Shown here: in pieces, positions 39,163-51,500 of the stretch
Layout of the letters: every line of letters starts with the position of its first letter
How positions within the stretch are numbered: position 1 is the first letter of the stretch
From: Phoronis australis
Lineage: Eukaryota > Animalia > Phoronida
Assembly (NCBI GenBank): GCA_002633005.1
Contig: NMRA01000088.1
Coordinates: 616,186-680,185, forward strand
Direction of reading: 5' to 3'
DNA: 64,000 nt
Program-made: the position numbers and the translations under genes
Notes under the pieces: generated by a model
Databases searched by the model: none
Seen by the model: only the letters and a program-made list of their open reading frames with translations
What the model was told of the DNA's origin: nothing

Positions 39163-39639
39163 NNNNNNNNNNNNNNNNNNNNNNNNNNNNNNNNNNNNNN
39201 NNNNNNNNNNNNNNNNNNNNNNNNNNNNNNNNNNNNNNNNNNNNNNNNNNNNNNNNNNNNNNNNNNNNNNNNNNNNNNNNNNNNNNNNNNNNNNNNNNNN
39301 NNNNNNNNNNNNNNNNNNNNNNNNNNNNNNNNNNNNNNNNNNNNNNNNNNNNNNNNNNNNNNNNNNNNNNNNNNNNNNNNNNNNNNNNNNNNNNNNNNNN
39401 NNNNNNNNNNNNNNNNNNNNNNNNNNNNNNNNNNNNNNNNNNNNNNNNNNNNNNNNNNNNNNNNNNNNNNNNNNNNNNNNNNNNNNNNNNNNNNNNNNNN
39501 NNNNNNNNNNNNNNNNNNNNNNNNNNNNNNNNNNNNNNNNNNNNNNNNNNNNNNNNNNNNNNNNNNNNNNNNNNNNNNNNNNNNNNNNNNNNNNNNNNNN
39601 NNNNNNNNNNNNNNNNNNNNNNNNNNNNNNNNNNNNNNN
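39163..39639. other. Assembly gap (N run)
   Basis: 477 N. Confidence 1.
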
Positions 39640-40721
39640 ATCGCAAATGACGTCACTCAATAATACATATAAGAAAACATAAAGGTTGGACACTCGAAAT
39701 CTGTTTGCTCAGAATTTTCTACTCAAATGTGCATGGAACTCCACGAAACTAGCATCGAACAACTCTTAGAATACTTTCTTTCATTCGATCTCTTCAAATT
39801 GCCTTCGAGTGGTGATTTGGCGACAAAAATGCCAAAAGAATGCCAAAATCACAAATTCAAGGAAGTGATTCCGTGATGTCATGGCAGACGGTCTTCGCAC
39901 ATCCGGGTTTTTGACGGACGCTCCCGAGCTAAATCCGAAAGTCTAATTTCGCGCGGCTTTCGCCGTCAATCCCTCGACTATTTGATCATGAGAAGCAGAG
40001 AGCACTTTATTGCCAAATAAATGTAATTACTCACATATTTGTGTCAAATATAAATTATCCAGATACTCTATTGATGTGCGAAGTTATTTTGTGTAATGTG
40101 ATTTCTTATGAAGGTTTTACTTTTGGCCAAAACCATTGAGTTAACTCGTCGGCCACGCGCATTGTAATACTTGCTCGGACTGCGTTTCCTGGCCGAGTGT
40201 GTGTTGTGCTTCAATCAGAAAAGTGCGTGATGTCAAGATAAGAAACAAGATACGCCAGTTTATGTAATAAAATTCTAAGTTAAGGGCTAAAATGAGCCGT
40301 CAGTGGAATAAAGTTACAAATAATCATTAAAATACTAACTTTAACATTCTCAATTAGTTGAGTTTTGGATTAGAAATATTGAAATATAGGTTGCTTGCTC
40401 AAACTCGAAGTTTCACCTACGACAGGCGTACAAGTTGAAGCACAACTGAAATCCGCAATGTCTACTATTTCAGGTCCTTGAATTCAGAGTTTTGAGATTG
40501 TTTTTGGAAATTCCATCGCCAATTCACCACTCACGAAGACAGTTAATGGGATCTAGGAAAGATAAGGCTTCGAAGGTTTATGCAACACCAGACTGAGGGA
40601 GGTGCACGCACATTTTATTTGGATTTTCGATAGTTGAAGTTGGCAGCCTCGGCTTGACAAAGTTTAAGTGTCCAACCTTTATGTTTTCTTATATATATTA
40701 TTGAGTGACGTCATTTGCGAT
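39640..40721. mobile_element. Inverted-repeat element of about 1.1 kb abutting the gap
   Basis: atcgcaaatgacgtcactcaataata..ataagaaaacataaaggttggacact inverted at 40668-40721; inner imperfect arms near 39800 and 40520. Confidence 0.7.
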
Positions 40722-42853
40722 CGAGGAACAGATAAACCCAAGCGCCTGTGCGCGAGCTATGAATTCCGAAGAAAGACAAGGAGAAATAGCATCTGAGTAG
40801 ACGAGACATCGTCTCGATCGGAGACTTCGATTATAACTTAGTATTAGTCCAGAAGCCACATACATGTATGGTCATGGGTACCTAGACAAGTCCGGTATCC
40901 GGTCAGGGCCACGGCTCGGTGGATGACCAATGCAACTATCTGGCTTGTTGACTAATTTTGCTGGGATACCGCTAGTTGTCTAAAGCCGTAGTTCAAGAGT
41001 CTCGCTTGATGAACAAAAACGTCAAAATGAAAATCAAACCATCAAAATTAGGCTTCATTTGATCGAAACTCAGTTGAGCAAAACTGCCGGTAATTTACAG
41101 TGCATTCTCTCGCGGCTAGTCACGGGGTCGTAAGCAATAATAGAATGCATAGGTCACTTGTAGATTTTACATTCCATGGCTAGAGTTCTGTGCTTTTAGT
41201 GAAGTCACTATGAGCATGCACCGACTTATTCGGTATTCATAGCTTCACCCCTGATTTGACTTACAACTACAGCATGAAGCTTAGCAAAAATTTTGATGAG
41301 GAAATTCCCAAAGCCAAGTACTGAAGCACAACGTGACATATGCAAATAACAACATCTCTTTCTATAAGCCAGTTTAGCATATACATATTTAGTTGTGGAG
41401 AAGCTGCCATCTGAAGTTACGATACTTATCATGACAGTCAACATATGTAGTCCGTTCAATTTGGTTGGCGTACATGTTGTTCATTACACTGCTCAATGTG
41501 TCTTCGCCCCACATGTGACTAGACTGCTGTATATCAACTCCAGCTGCCATAAAATGTTCCTAACAAGGGATAGAACTTGAAATTTTATTCTCGCAAACTG
41601 TGAACATTCTACCCTTGGAGCAGTGATGGAAGTCTACGTAGGCATGATGGGTGTTGACTGCACATGTCGTTGGCTAGTGCCTCCAACTGTTGCCGATGTT
41701 CCTCTCCTCAAGGCAAACATACTATATCCCAAGATGGCCGTCCTAGTGTAATTTGCCTAGTCACACATTTGGAACAGCGCCACCTATTGGGAGGAACCCA
41801 AGTTGTATTTGGAGACACTCAAGCCAGGCCTGAGCCTGTGGTGAAGATTGTAATTACCTTGGATAAAAACAAGATTTCTAGACATAAAACCAATTTTGAG
41901 GAATTATCATTTATAAATTACTTGAGGAAAACATAATTTTGATGATGTTTTGAAAATACGATAATTATTGTGATGCAATAAGACTAGAATGAAAGCAAAC
42001 ATCATTCAACTGACTGACACAATTTTTAGATCCCTTTGTAAGCATAGCAATACAATACAATATCAATCTTGAGGAAACATCATTTGTATTTACGTGGAAG
42101 TTTATGCAATTATGATAATTTTTAATTATGATAATATTTATCTGTAATTAACTAAGACTTTTCCAGGGCTAAGACTGGTATGAAAGCAACCTCATGAATT
42201 CAATACAATGACACTTTCCACATGATTTTCTAAGTATAGCTACAGAAGCAAATAAATGCAACAGTAATTTACGTAATACTCTAGCATAATATTTTATCAT
42301 GTATTACGAAATATTTATATTATAGTTATTGTTGCTGAAAGACACCCAATAAAATAGATATGAATAATAAATAATACTCACTACGTAAACAAAAGTAGAA
42401 TAATAATAATAATAAATAAGAGCATGTGGATCAATATCATTTTTTATTCTAATTTTGTAACACATCAGTTCAAAAGACATTACAAGCATTGTAATTTTAA
42501 CACACAATTGATAAATTGTATGAAAACAACATTCCATGTTTAAAATAATACATGTCAATACAGATATCTCAGCTATGAGACCTAGCACTTATGCAGTACT
42601 AATGTTCTTGAATAACTGCAATTTTAAAAACAATAAATTTGATTTTGCCAACATACCAATAGTTGTCAGGGATAATGTATGTGGTTCGAGGGAACATACA
42701 CCACTATCCGGTACAATGAAAATGTTACAAAGAAAAGTTCTCCCACTTATACTGCATATAATTAGTCTACTTCAGACTAATCAATCAATGTTATATGACT
42801 ATTGACCATTTCGTATGAAGACAATGGCAACAATACAACTCCTTGGGCGTTAA

Positions 42854-43521
42854 AGGCGAATGCAACCTTTTTTCATGTCACTTTTAGCAAAAATACGGTT
42901 CGTTGATTGTCCCAGACACAATTTTCACTTAATTACAGCTTTTCGTAATTTGATTAATTTCTCGTCCTCTACTCCGGAATTGATGTTTTGGAAGGCAAGA
43001 GTTTCGCGCCAATTTCTTTTCATTACAGTCTGACTGTGAGAACTGTCGAGTCAGTCATTGTCCTGTCTCGGTTGTGATAAGTTCCGTAGTCGTTTGCTTT
43101 TGTTTACAAGTCAGTCAACATGCCACGCTGTTTGCTGCATGCCGGGATGTACTCATTATCGTCTCACACGCGCTTTGGGTACTTTGCGTCGCTTTCCGAA
43201 TGATGACACACTTCGCCGTACTTGGCTAGCTCGTTCATGTGAAGAACGCAGCGCTACCCGTCCACGCAACGTACAAATTAGTGGAGGGTTACCGAGTGTG
43301 TGGCAAGCACTTTCTGCCGTCAGATTACGACAGAGATATGTACGCTGAATTGATGAAGGTCCCTGCGAAACAACGCCTGAAGAAAGGTACCATACCGTCG
43401 CTGTTGATTTCCTGCAGTGCACCGTCGCCAACCCCGAGAAGTGCGTTTTTGAAGTGAGAAGCCTCGCGAGCTGTGGCCACTATATACAGTGACCGGAGGC
43501 ACTTCATCTACTGTCACCCGT
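42854..43521 (+). mobile_element. Kolobok-like DNA transposon 5' remnant with frameshifted THAP domain (43120-43410)
   Basis: TTAA|AGG start; CCMPGC..FP..W..RVCGKHF..DY..RLKKGTIPSL C2CH THAP signature split over frames. Confidence 0.7.
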
Positions 43522-44345
43522 GCGACTCGCAACTCCTGAGGCCTGGGTTCAAATCCGGCCTCGGTTTCCCGCCAAAATATTACCTCACTAGTGAGGTAAC
43601 TTTATGGGTTATTACACGGTTGTATCTGCCATTCGAGGCTAATATTGCCGACTTTACCACTACACCACTCAGCGGCTGACGTTATCGAACGTGAAAATAG
43701 AATACTTAAATGAGCACGCGCAACAATCGCATGTTCAGCAAAGGGCATTGCACCGACATTTATACGCTATGAAAAATAAGACGCATAATTTCCATAAAAA
43801 CGATATTTTAATTCAGTGGAATTTTTCTGTCGTTTTCTCCCACTTGTAAATCACCGATCTCCAATTTGAATGCGGGTATCGGGTCGTCGGGATCCTTTGT
43901 CTTGAGCATTATACTCAGTTACTATTGGTAACCTACTTTAGCAGACGATATTTTCCCGGTCGACGCTTAGCGTGATACAATGTGTAATAAGCTATAATAT
44001 TTGCTAAACCTTAAATTATAGATTCACTTTCAATTATTTCTATTTTTGTTTAAATTTTCAATTGGTTTTGATTAAACGCATTATTTGACAAAAATAGCTC
44101 GGCTTTTCTTTTAAAAAAGGTCACGACCTTCGATTCGACCCCGGGCCTCTGACATGGAAAGATAGAAAGTAGTTACAAAGTCGAGGCGAGTCGAGAAAGG
44201 TAGATCGATTCATTGCAATGTTTCTCGTTCAGTATCTGGTATGAATAGATTATTACATGTTCTCAGTCGTTATCCTCCTTGTCTAGAGCCCTCGTGGATT
44301 TCGTAGAATGATCACCCTCGGGGATAACGCCCATCGGGCGATAAT
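43522..44345 (-). mobile_element. Rearranged, diverged copy of the Crypton-like element
   Basis: 43648-44345 is the reverse complement of about 38040-38714; 43522-43647 matches about 38713-38832 in forward orientation. Confidence 0.8.
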
Positions 44346-44559
44346 TTTTTTTTTTTAAGTTTTCACTTTTACAGAAAGAGAACTTTTACTATTTTCACGA
44401 CAAGGTCCAAAGTTATTGGTTGTTTGTAGTTTTTGTAACTTATTGAGTTATCCAATAGAGCAAATAAATTACATAACTTATAGTGATGAAGTGTAAATTA
44501 AACTTAATGTACCTTCTTTATATATGTATTTTAGCTTTGTTAATGTAACTTGGTAAATA

Positions 44560-45130
44560 TTGAGGAAGACGCAAAGAAACTAAACTGCCATTAGGAGCCA
44601 TAGCAGTATTTGGATCTGTCGGAAAACCGATGTCAGCTATGCCTTCGTCTATAGGAACATACTAATCCTGAATTTCCACGAAGATTTTTCACCGAACTTG
44701 ATGGATAGGGAGACAGGCGCAAAAACTAAACCTACCCCTAAGGGGTATGGAGGTATTGGAATTCGTCGCTAAATCAACGTCAGCCATGGTCTCATCAATA
44801 GGAGTATAACCCTCAAATTGTCGTAATGATTCTTAAAACCGATTATCAGATGGATAGGCGGGATCCAAAATAGAATCAAAATGCTAACATTGCCATGAGA
44901 GGGTCAACAGTGGTCGACTCGGCACAGAATTCTTTTCTGTCGCATCGACTCCTTTGTATGAACTCTTCGTGAGGATCTATCAATAGATAGATGCAAACGC
45001 AAAAACTTTAAATTGTTACAAGGTAGCGCTGTACCAGTCTGGTGCATTCGAAAGTCGTCGTCTTCCGCCGTCTGCATTATAGGAATAGATCTGCCAAATT
45101 TCATTAAGGTCATACAAGGAGTTTCGATGA
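44560..45130 (+). repeat. Degenerate satellite-like monomers, same family as 27353-29690
   Basis: gccattaggagcc, aatttccacgaag, gccaaatttcattaagg motifs. Confidence 0.5.
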
Positions 45131-46438
45131 TTCAGCAGTGGATGCCGGACGCCAAGAGTTAACGGCGAACTTCACCTACACTCACACGCATGTAAATATG
45201 TAAATGTAGTTTGCGAATGTAGTACCCAGTTCAAAAAGCCAAAATGTTAGACGTTGAAAACGATGGCTTTGTGTGAAAATAAACCTGTTTTATCATCAAA
45301 AGTCTGTTCAGTGAAAAGTGACTTAAGGCTTAAGAGAAATTCGGCCTTACGCTACACACAACCGTTTTTGAAAAATATTAATTAAATCTAATTTGAGCCA
45401 AATTGTCGTATACACATAACTGTTAATTGAGATAATTCAAAGCGATTATTTCTGGACTGAGATGCGCTCATAATTACGCGGCTCAACTTTTTCCGCTGTG
45501 GTAAAGTGGGAGCGTAATACCAAATTTATGACGTAAGTCTAACGTCACTTTCATGAAACAGCTCCTAAGGTAAAGTCCGTCTCTCCACGGATTTCAGAAA
45601 TCACACACAAACCTCTGAGAGATTGATCAAAGATGTTAAAAATCGTTACCGACGATAAAAGAAGTCAACAGAGTAAAATAACGAATGATGTTATAAAATG
45701 TATTCTGGGAAATAAATGCTGCTACCATACAAGCTTGCTGCTCCACTCACATTCGGGGCCTGCGTTATTTCCAAACCATTATCACGAGCTGTATGTGGGT
45801 GCATGTTGTGACCAGTGGGGCCTCCACTTTCTTATAATTTAGCAGTAGAGACGGTGGTACTCCCATAGGACCTTCATACGCCGGAAGCTTTTCGGCGAAT
45901 TATGCGTCACACTGATTAAACCATCCAAGTCACGTTGCTATAAGATCTTTTGTGCATAGAGGGACATCTTAGGAGGTCGTCAAGTATTTGTTCTAGTTGG
46001 AAGGAATTAAAGACATCGACGGCCTCCTACGGTGGCCCTGTATGCGCAAAAGGTACTTAGTGCAACGTGACTTTGATGGTTTAATCGGTGTGAGGCAATA
46101 TTTGATCCCGGCATATGAAGGCTCTTTGGGAGCATAACCGTCTCAATTGCTAAGTAGAGACGGTGGCACTGCCTAACCATAGCACTACAGATTTGATAGT
46201 GCAGAAGGTACACAGCCAGAGGTAATTAAAGAAAATAAACGCTTTGAACAGTCCAGTGCGATGCTGAACACCAGAGGACTGCAGGTGTAATATACTCGTA
46301 TGAGCAACTGATAAAACTGAGGAAACATTTCCAATGCTATGGGGTGTCTTTTTTCATATTTGAACACCGGGTGCTTTCATTCAGTGTTTTAATTCCATCG
46401 GTCGGCGGAAGTTCGGGGATTGGTATACTATTCGTTAA

Positions 46439-46621
46439 TTATGTATCTATTGTTTTCATGCACAGATTGACGTTTAAGTCTTCCGCTTCTTCAAAACCGC
46501 GTTTACGAACTTTGTAGTACCGCACTGGCATGGTAGGACCTGTCATATGGTCATAATTCTCGCGATATTCCTCGAGATATGGACCCCAATTGGGAGCAGG
46601 TCGCCATAACGTTTGGATTCG
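46439..46621 (-). CDS. SLC6: Gene B terminal coding exon ([21 protein letters not shown]...NLCMKTIDT*)
   Basis: ttttcAG acceptor, 60 codons plus TAA; P...WGP motif typical of SLC6 C-termini. Confidence 0.9.
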   Translation of the reverse strand, partial: RIQTLWRPAPNWGPYLEEYRENYDHMTGPTMPVRYYKVRKRGFEEAEDLNVNLCMKTIDT

Positions 46622-48543
46622 CTGAAAAACATGAGATTTACAATTTATGAATCAGTTTAAGAACGACACAGCGCTTCGGCCACCTGATATACTCATTCTT
46701 CGTAACATAAATATCACGTGTCGGTTCCGTCGTAGGTAACAAAGCACGACTTTCATGACTGATTTATTTTTTTAGCACGCAACATGGATATATCTGGGCT
46801 ACCAATCTTCCACCCTAACGGTTTGCACGGGCGTTCTCTTTAACAGCGCCCTTTTCTCATTAATGCCATTCCTTTGTTACGAGCTGCAATGCTTTTCTGG
46901 TAAAATACAGTTCAGTACTCACCAGCTAATTTATTTTCTCACTAACCGCATGCCAAATTAGAATCAAATATCTCAAATTATCTGAAAGTATCTTAAATCG
47001 TTTTGTTACCTCTATCAGTGGTCCTTCGTCCCGAGTTTGGTATAGTATATAGATCATGTAGCCTGGTATGGGTAGCATGGATGCTGATGCTAATATCCAA
47101 CCAAAAACGATGACACCGTCCGGGTACTCGTAGTCCCCGTATGTTGGGGCACTGTATCCGTGGAGGTTATAGATCAGCATTACCTGTTCAAAAAGCAGTA
47201 ATTGTTTGAAGTACATCACTGAAGCAACAAAAGATTTTTAAGTGCCACTGATTCTCTGAATAACATGCAGAGCTCTGTGACCCTGCAGCTATGGTGATGA
47301 CTAGCTACTGACCATATTCTATGTATCTCTCACTTCACTCTATGGATGTTATCTGAGCTGTATGTTGGCACTTGTTGTCCTAAATTGTTGTAAATATGAT
47401 CCTGATGATGTCTAATGAAAAGACGAAACGTTGAATTGAACATGAACTTTTTTATTTGTGCGGCGATCGTCCGGATATTGATCTTATTGTGGCCAAAAAC
47501 TGATTTAATTAAATGACTATTAAAACTTAGTGATTAAATAAGACCAACGCCTGTCATGAAAAGTAACTTCCGACTTAAGAACTATGGTCTTACGCTTCCA
47601 CTTAACAATTACTCTATAAAGGTTTAGAAACGTAATTCTAAGCGCATCACAGTCTAGGAATTATTTAAAGATATTATCTCAGTGACTAGCACCTGTGTGT
47701 CTATTTTCAGGGACGGCATTTTGCTCAAGTGAGGTTTAAGTACTGTTCACAAATGAATGTTTGGGGCACAACACCACTTTTCACTACTCTGAGATATAAT
47801 GTAGTTATCGACCTGTCGCCAGGATTTTGAGTGACGGCTTAACTGACCAATCAGAACGCAGCATTCTTGACACACCTTCGTTTCCAAGCCTCCATTTTAC
47901 ACGACAAACAACAGGTTGCCGGGTAAAACTTATTGTTTTTTGGACATTCCGCAAGGGGGCGGAGCTTGCGATAGGTCAATTGATAGACGAACTTGTGGGA
48001 AATGTTAGCTGATGTATGAAAGGGACTCACTCCCATTAAAATAGGCGTAACTACTCTCCAAAGACCCTCCCACACAACGCTCGGCATAATGCCCGTCATC
48101 ATGGCGATTTCTCTGCGGAATCTGGTTGCACCTGAAATTAATATCGAACATCGTTAGATCTATCGGTGGGGTCTAAAATAGACAAGCACGCGGTTCCTAT
48201 AGTTTGGCCATGGTTCAAAACACGAGTGTCGTCATTTTTTTCTGTTCTCGTGTATGCTGGGGTAGACACGTACACTTTCTGAGCAACACATGAAGCTTTA
48301 GTTTGCTTGGGGTCAGCATAGTTAAAGACACGACTACACTTTTTGTTAGCGAGCTTGATACTGGCACGTTCGTATTGATCAGTCACGAAAAACATGTGTT
48401 GAATGAACAGCTCACAGGTGTGTATCTTACGCTGACCCTGTTTCCATAGCCTGGGTTGCGGGCTTCCTACCGTGTGTTGCATTCACACTCTCTGCTTGTA
48501 TGCCCCTCTTGCCGCTGTCACGTGCATTTCACTGCTTATTTCG

Positions 48544-48599
<56 letters not shown>

Positions 48600-51500
48600 T
48601 TGTTTGTGTGTGCATTCCACTCATGGCCTGATGACGTGACATGAAGTCACGAAATATAGAAAGGAGACTGTCCCGAAATTACGAAAGTACCAGTAACAAG
48701 CTCTCTAACAAAAAGTTTAGTCGTGTCTTTAACAAAGCTTGCTTGGGGTCAATAAGTCTATGCAAAATGATTTGGTGTAAGCAACTTGATCTGCAACCGG
48801 TGTCAGGTCTGCAGGCATTCGAGTGGAGGAGCGCAGCATTTACTAAATAGGAGTCGGTATGTTATCAACCCCTTTCCCTTTACCCCTCCACCTGATCACA
48901 CACGTTCCCTCCCTTCCGCTCCTCTTCAGCACCCCCCTCTCAACAACTGTTGTTGCAGCTTCTATCAATTAGCTAAACGCTATTAAGTGAATAATTGCTT
49001 GAGTTAATTCTAATAAGTTTTAAGATTTATATAAACCTCGTATTTCTTCCTCCTCGTTACCCGGACCAGTGTCAATGAATAGTGACCCTTCAAGAAGATA
49101 TAAGAAGACATTCTGCTGTCGGTCTCGAGAGTAATACCTCGTCACGACGTCGAAGTGAAGGCACAGCAATAAACGTTCGAATCAAGTATTTTACACACTC
49201 ACCATAAACCCAAGCAACGAGAAGACATTCAATCAGTGCCACTGCCATGATAGTTATGGCTCCCATGTACCAGTCTACAATTTGGAATATATACATTCCA
49301 GCCTGCAAACAAACATAAACGACAAAGACAAATGGAACGATTTACTTTAGACACTTGGACTTTATACCTAGGCTTAAAGCGACATCATCGGCAAGAAAAG
49401 TGATTTTTTGAGACCAGCCGCCACGCAAAATCGAACCCATAATCTCGCAGTCCAACCCTCTGCCGGCGGAGCTAAGCACTATAAGAAAACTGGCATTGTA
49501 TTTTGGGCGCCATTGGTAAAGTTATTGGCCTAGATTTCAACGGATGACTGGCAGACAATGGCGAGAGTTGGCGCTTTGTAATGAAATCACAAAAAGAACG
49601 GATTGTGTTGTTTTATACCAGCTCAGGTAAAAAATAACTCCAAGAAGTCCAATTTTTCCCATTCAACAATAGTCCCAAAAACGCGCTTTTTCGGCAGTGA
49701 AACCGACAACGACCCTTTAATTATGTAAGCGACGCGTGTGGTGGACGGCTGCACTGTTCAGAGTGACAACTGAAAGATTGGCACTGACAATGTTGTTGAC
49801 TCTTTCTTATACACTGTACGTTCATAGATTTAATTCATCCCAGTTAGTTGATGGAAGGCTGAGAAAATCCTTATACGTAAGTGGCAATGTTTGTTTCCAT
49901 TAGAGTCCCTATTTGTGTATTTTCTCTGCAGGAGCACGGATTACTGAAGGTCTGATGTGACTATTGTCACACTCAACATATATTGTCACCCTGTGTCAAC
50001 ATGTGTCTAGTGCGACAATCTTTGTTGTAACTCGCATGAATAGGCCTTTTGCGAGTTTATAACAATAACGCGAGATTATGTGAGACTTAACTGTGACGTC
50101 ACGGGAAGTGGGGCAAAAGCTTGTCGTTTGGTCATTTGCCCAATACGGTAGCAGAGTGTATTCTGTTATTGTCTTCGAGTTTTTAGCCGTTTAGTTCGAA
50201 AAATGTCCAAAAGCATTGCTGTTATGGCAAATGAACTTCAGATTCGCACTACAATACGTTCTATCGCGTTCTGTACTAATTTCGTCCCGTGTATTTTAAA
50301 CGGGCGGTAGGCGAAATCCGCTCACTGGTAAAGTTTTCACCTCGTCGAAAATACATTCTACACCTAAAATTAGCACCTAAAAGGCTCTTACTTTCTTCAG
50401 TGACTCTTTCTGCTTCTAAGTATATCTTCGATGAAGCATATATACGGGAATTCAGGTGACTTAGGCGAAGAATTCCAACTCCACTTTGTGGTTACTGTTA
50501 ACTTTGTCCGCGCGCGCGATTACCACAATCAAGTAGTTCAACTGAGTCAGGTGAGTATGAGGCAAAGGCTAGCGCGAGACTGAGCGAAGCGCGAGATCTG
50601 GCGCGTGACCTGGCGCGTGACACTTGCAAAATAGCATGAGAAAATATCAAGTGAAATTTGTAAGATTTGTGTCCCTTGGACTTTTTGTTCGTCAACAGGC
50701 GTGATTTCACGTAACTTCTTCAAAATGGCGGCTCTTTAGTGAGAGAAACTCGAGAGAACCGCGAGGTTTTCATGAATATGCTCAAGTTATTTGTAGACTA
50801 AATTGTGTCCAGAGTCAGGGTATGTGTTAATTATAACTTCATGTGCACATATGCATGTTTCATTTGATTTCATTTGCTGTATTTTGAAGTGAATATCTTT
50901 TTATGGGGATACACTATCGCCCCTGTATGCCTGCGCCATTCAGGCCTAGAGCGGGTTAAGTTCCAATTTCAGTCCGTTCACAGCTTCGCACAACATAACA
51001 AGGTCACATTTTCTTCGTCTATTCACAGTTATTCCACGACCCATCTACCATATCTTAAGTTGTTTTAACGTTTTAAGCGTAAAATTCACCATAAGAACTC
51101 CAGTAAGTTTTAGCGTGTGTAGCAAAGACTCGGGGCAAAACAAGAGCAATATGGCGGGTTTTGCCCCCTTTCCGGTGACGTCACAGTGACTAGCGAGAAA
51201 CTCGCAAGTGAGCTATTGCAGGGAACCGACAGATTACTAACCTGAGTTACAAACGGTAGTCCCAGAAGGAACATGATCGCTGAGACGACACCGCATGTAA
51301 GCAACTTTTTGTCGCGCAGATAAGTCGGAAATTGGTCAATTAAACCGCTTATTACCGTCTCCAACATTCCAAACTACAACAAACCATAATAATAGATTTG
51401 TGATTAAACGCCAGACAAGTCATACACAAATCTGATGTATTTAAAGCCATATTGAGCACAGTTTCAGTATTATGACTATTCCCATGGTACACTATCCAAT

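Noticed and set aside
39038-39693. Long ORFs of 165-214 aa
   Set aside because: They consist of the N gap.
41200-41870. Possible minus-strand ORF remnant
   Set aside because: Frequent stops and no recognisable domain.
37968-44345. One large THAP transposon with long TIRs
   Set aside because: The arms are diverged copies of a self-contained element, one tandem and one rearranged; no shared TSD, and the interior is a mosaic including a gap.
45800-46438. Polyadenylation signal of gene B
   Set aside because: Only variant ATTAAA hexamers seen (near 46390 and 46080); cannot choose without transcript data.
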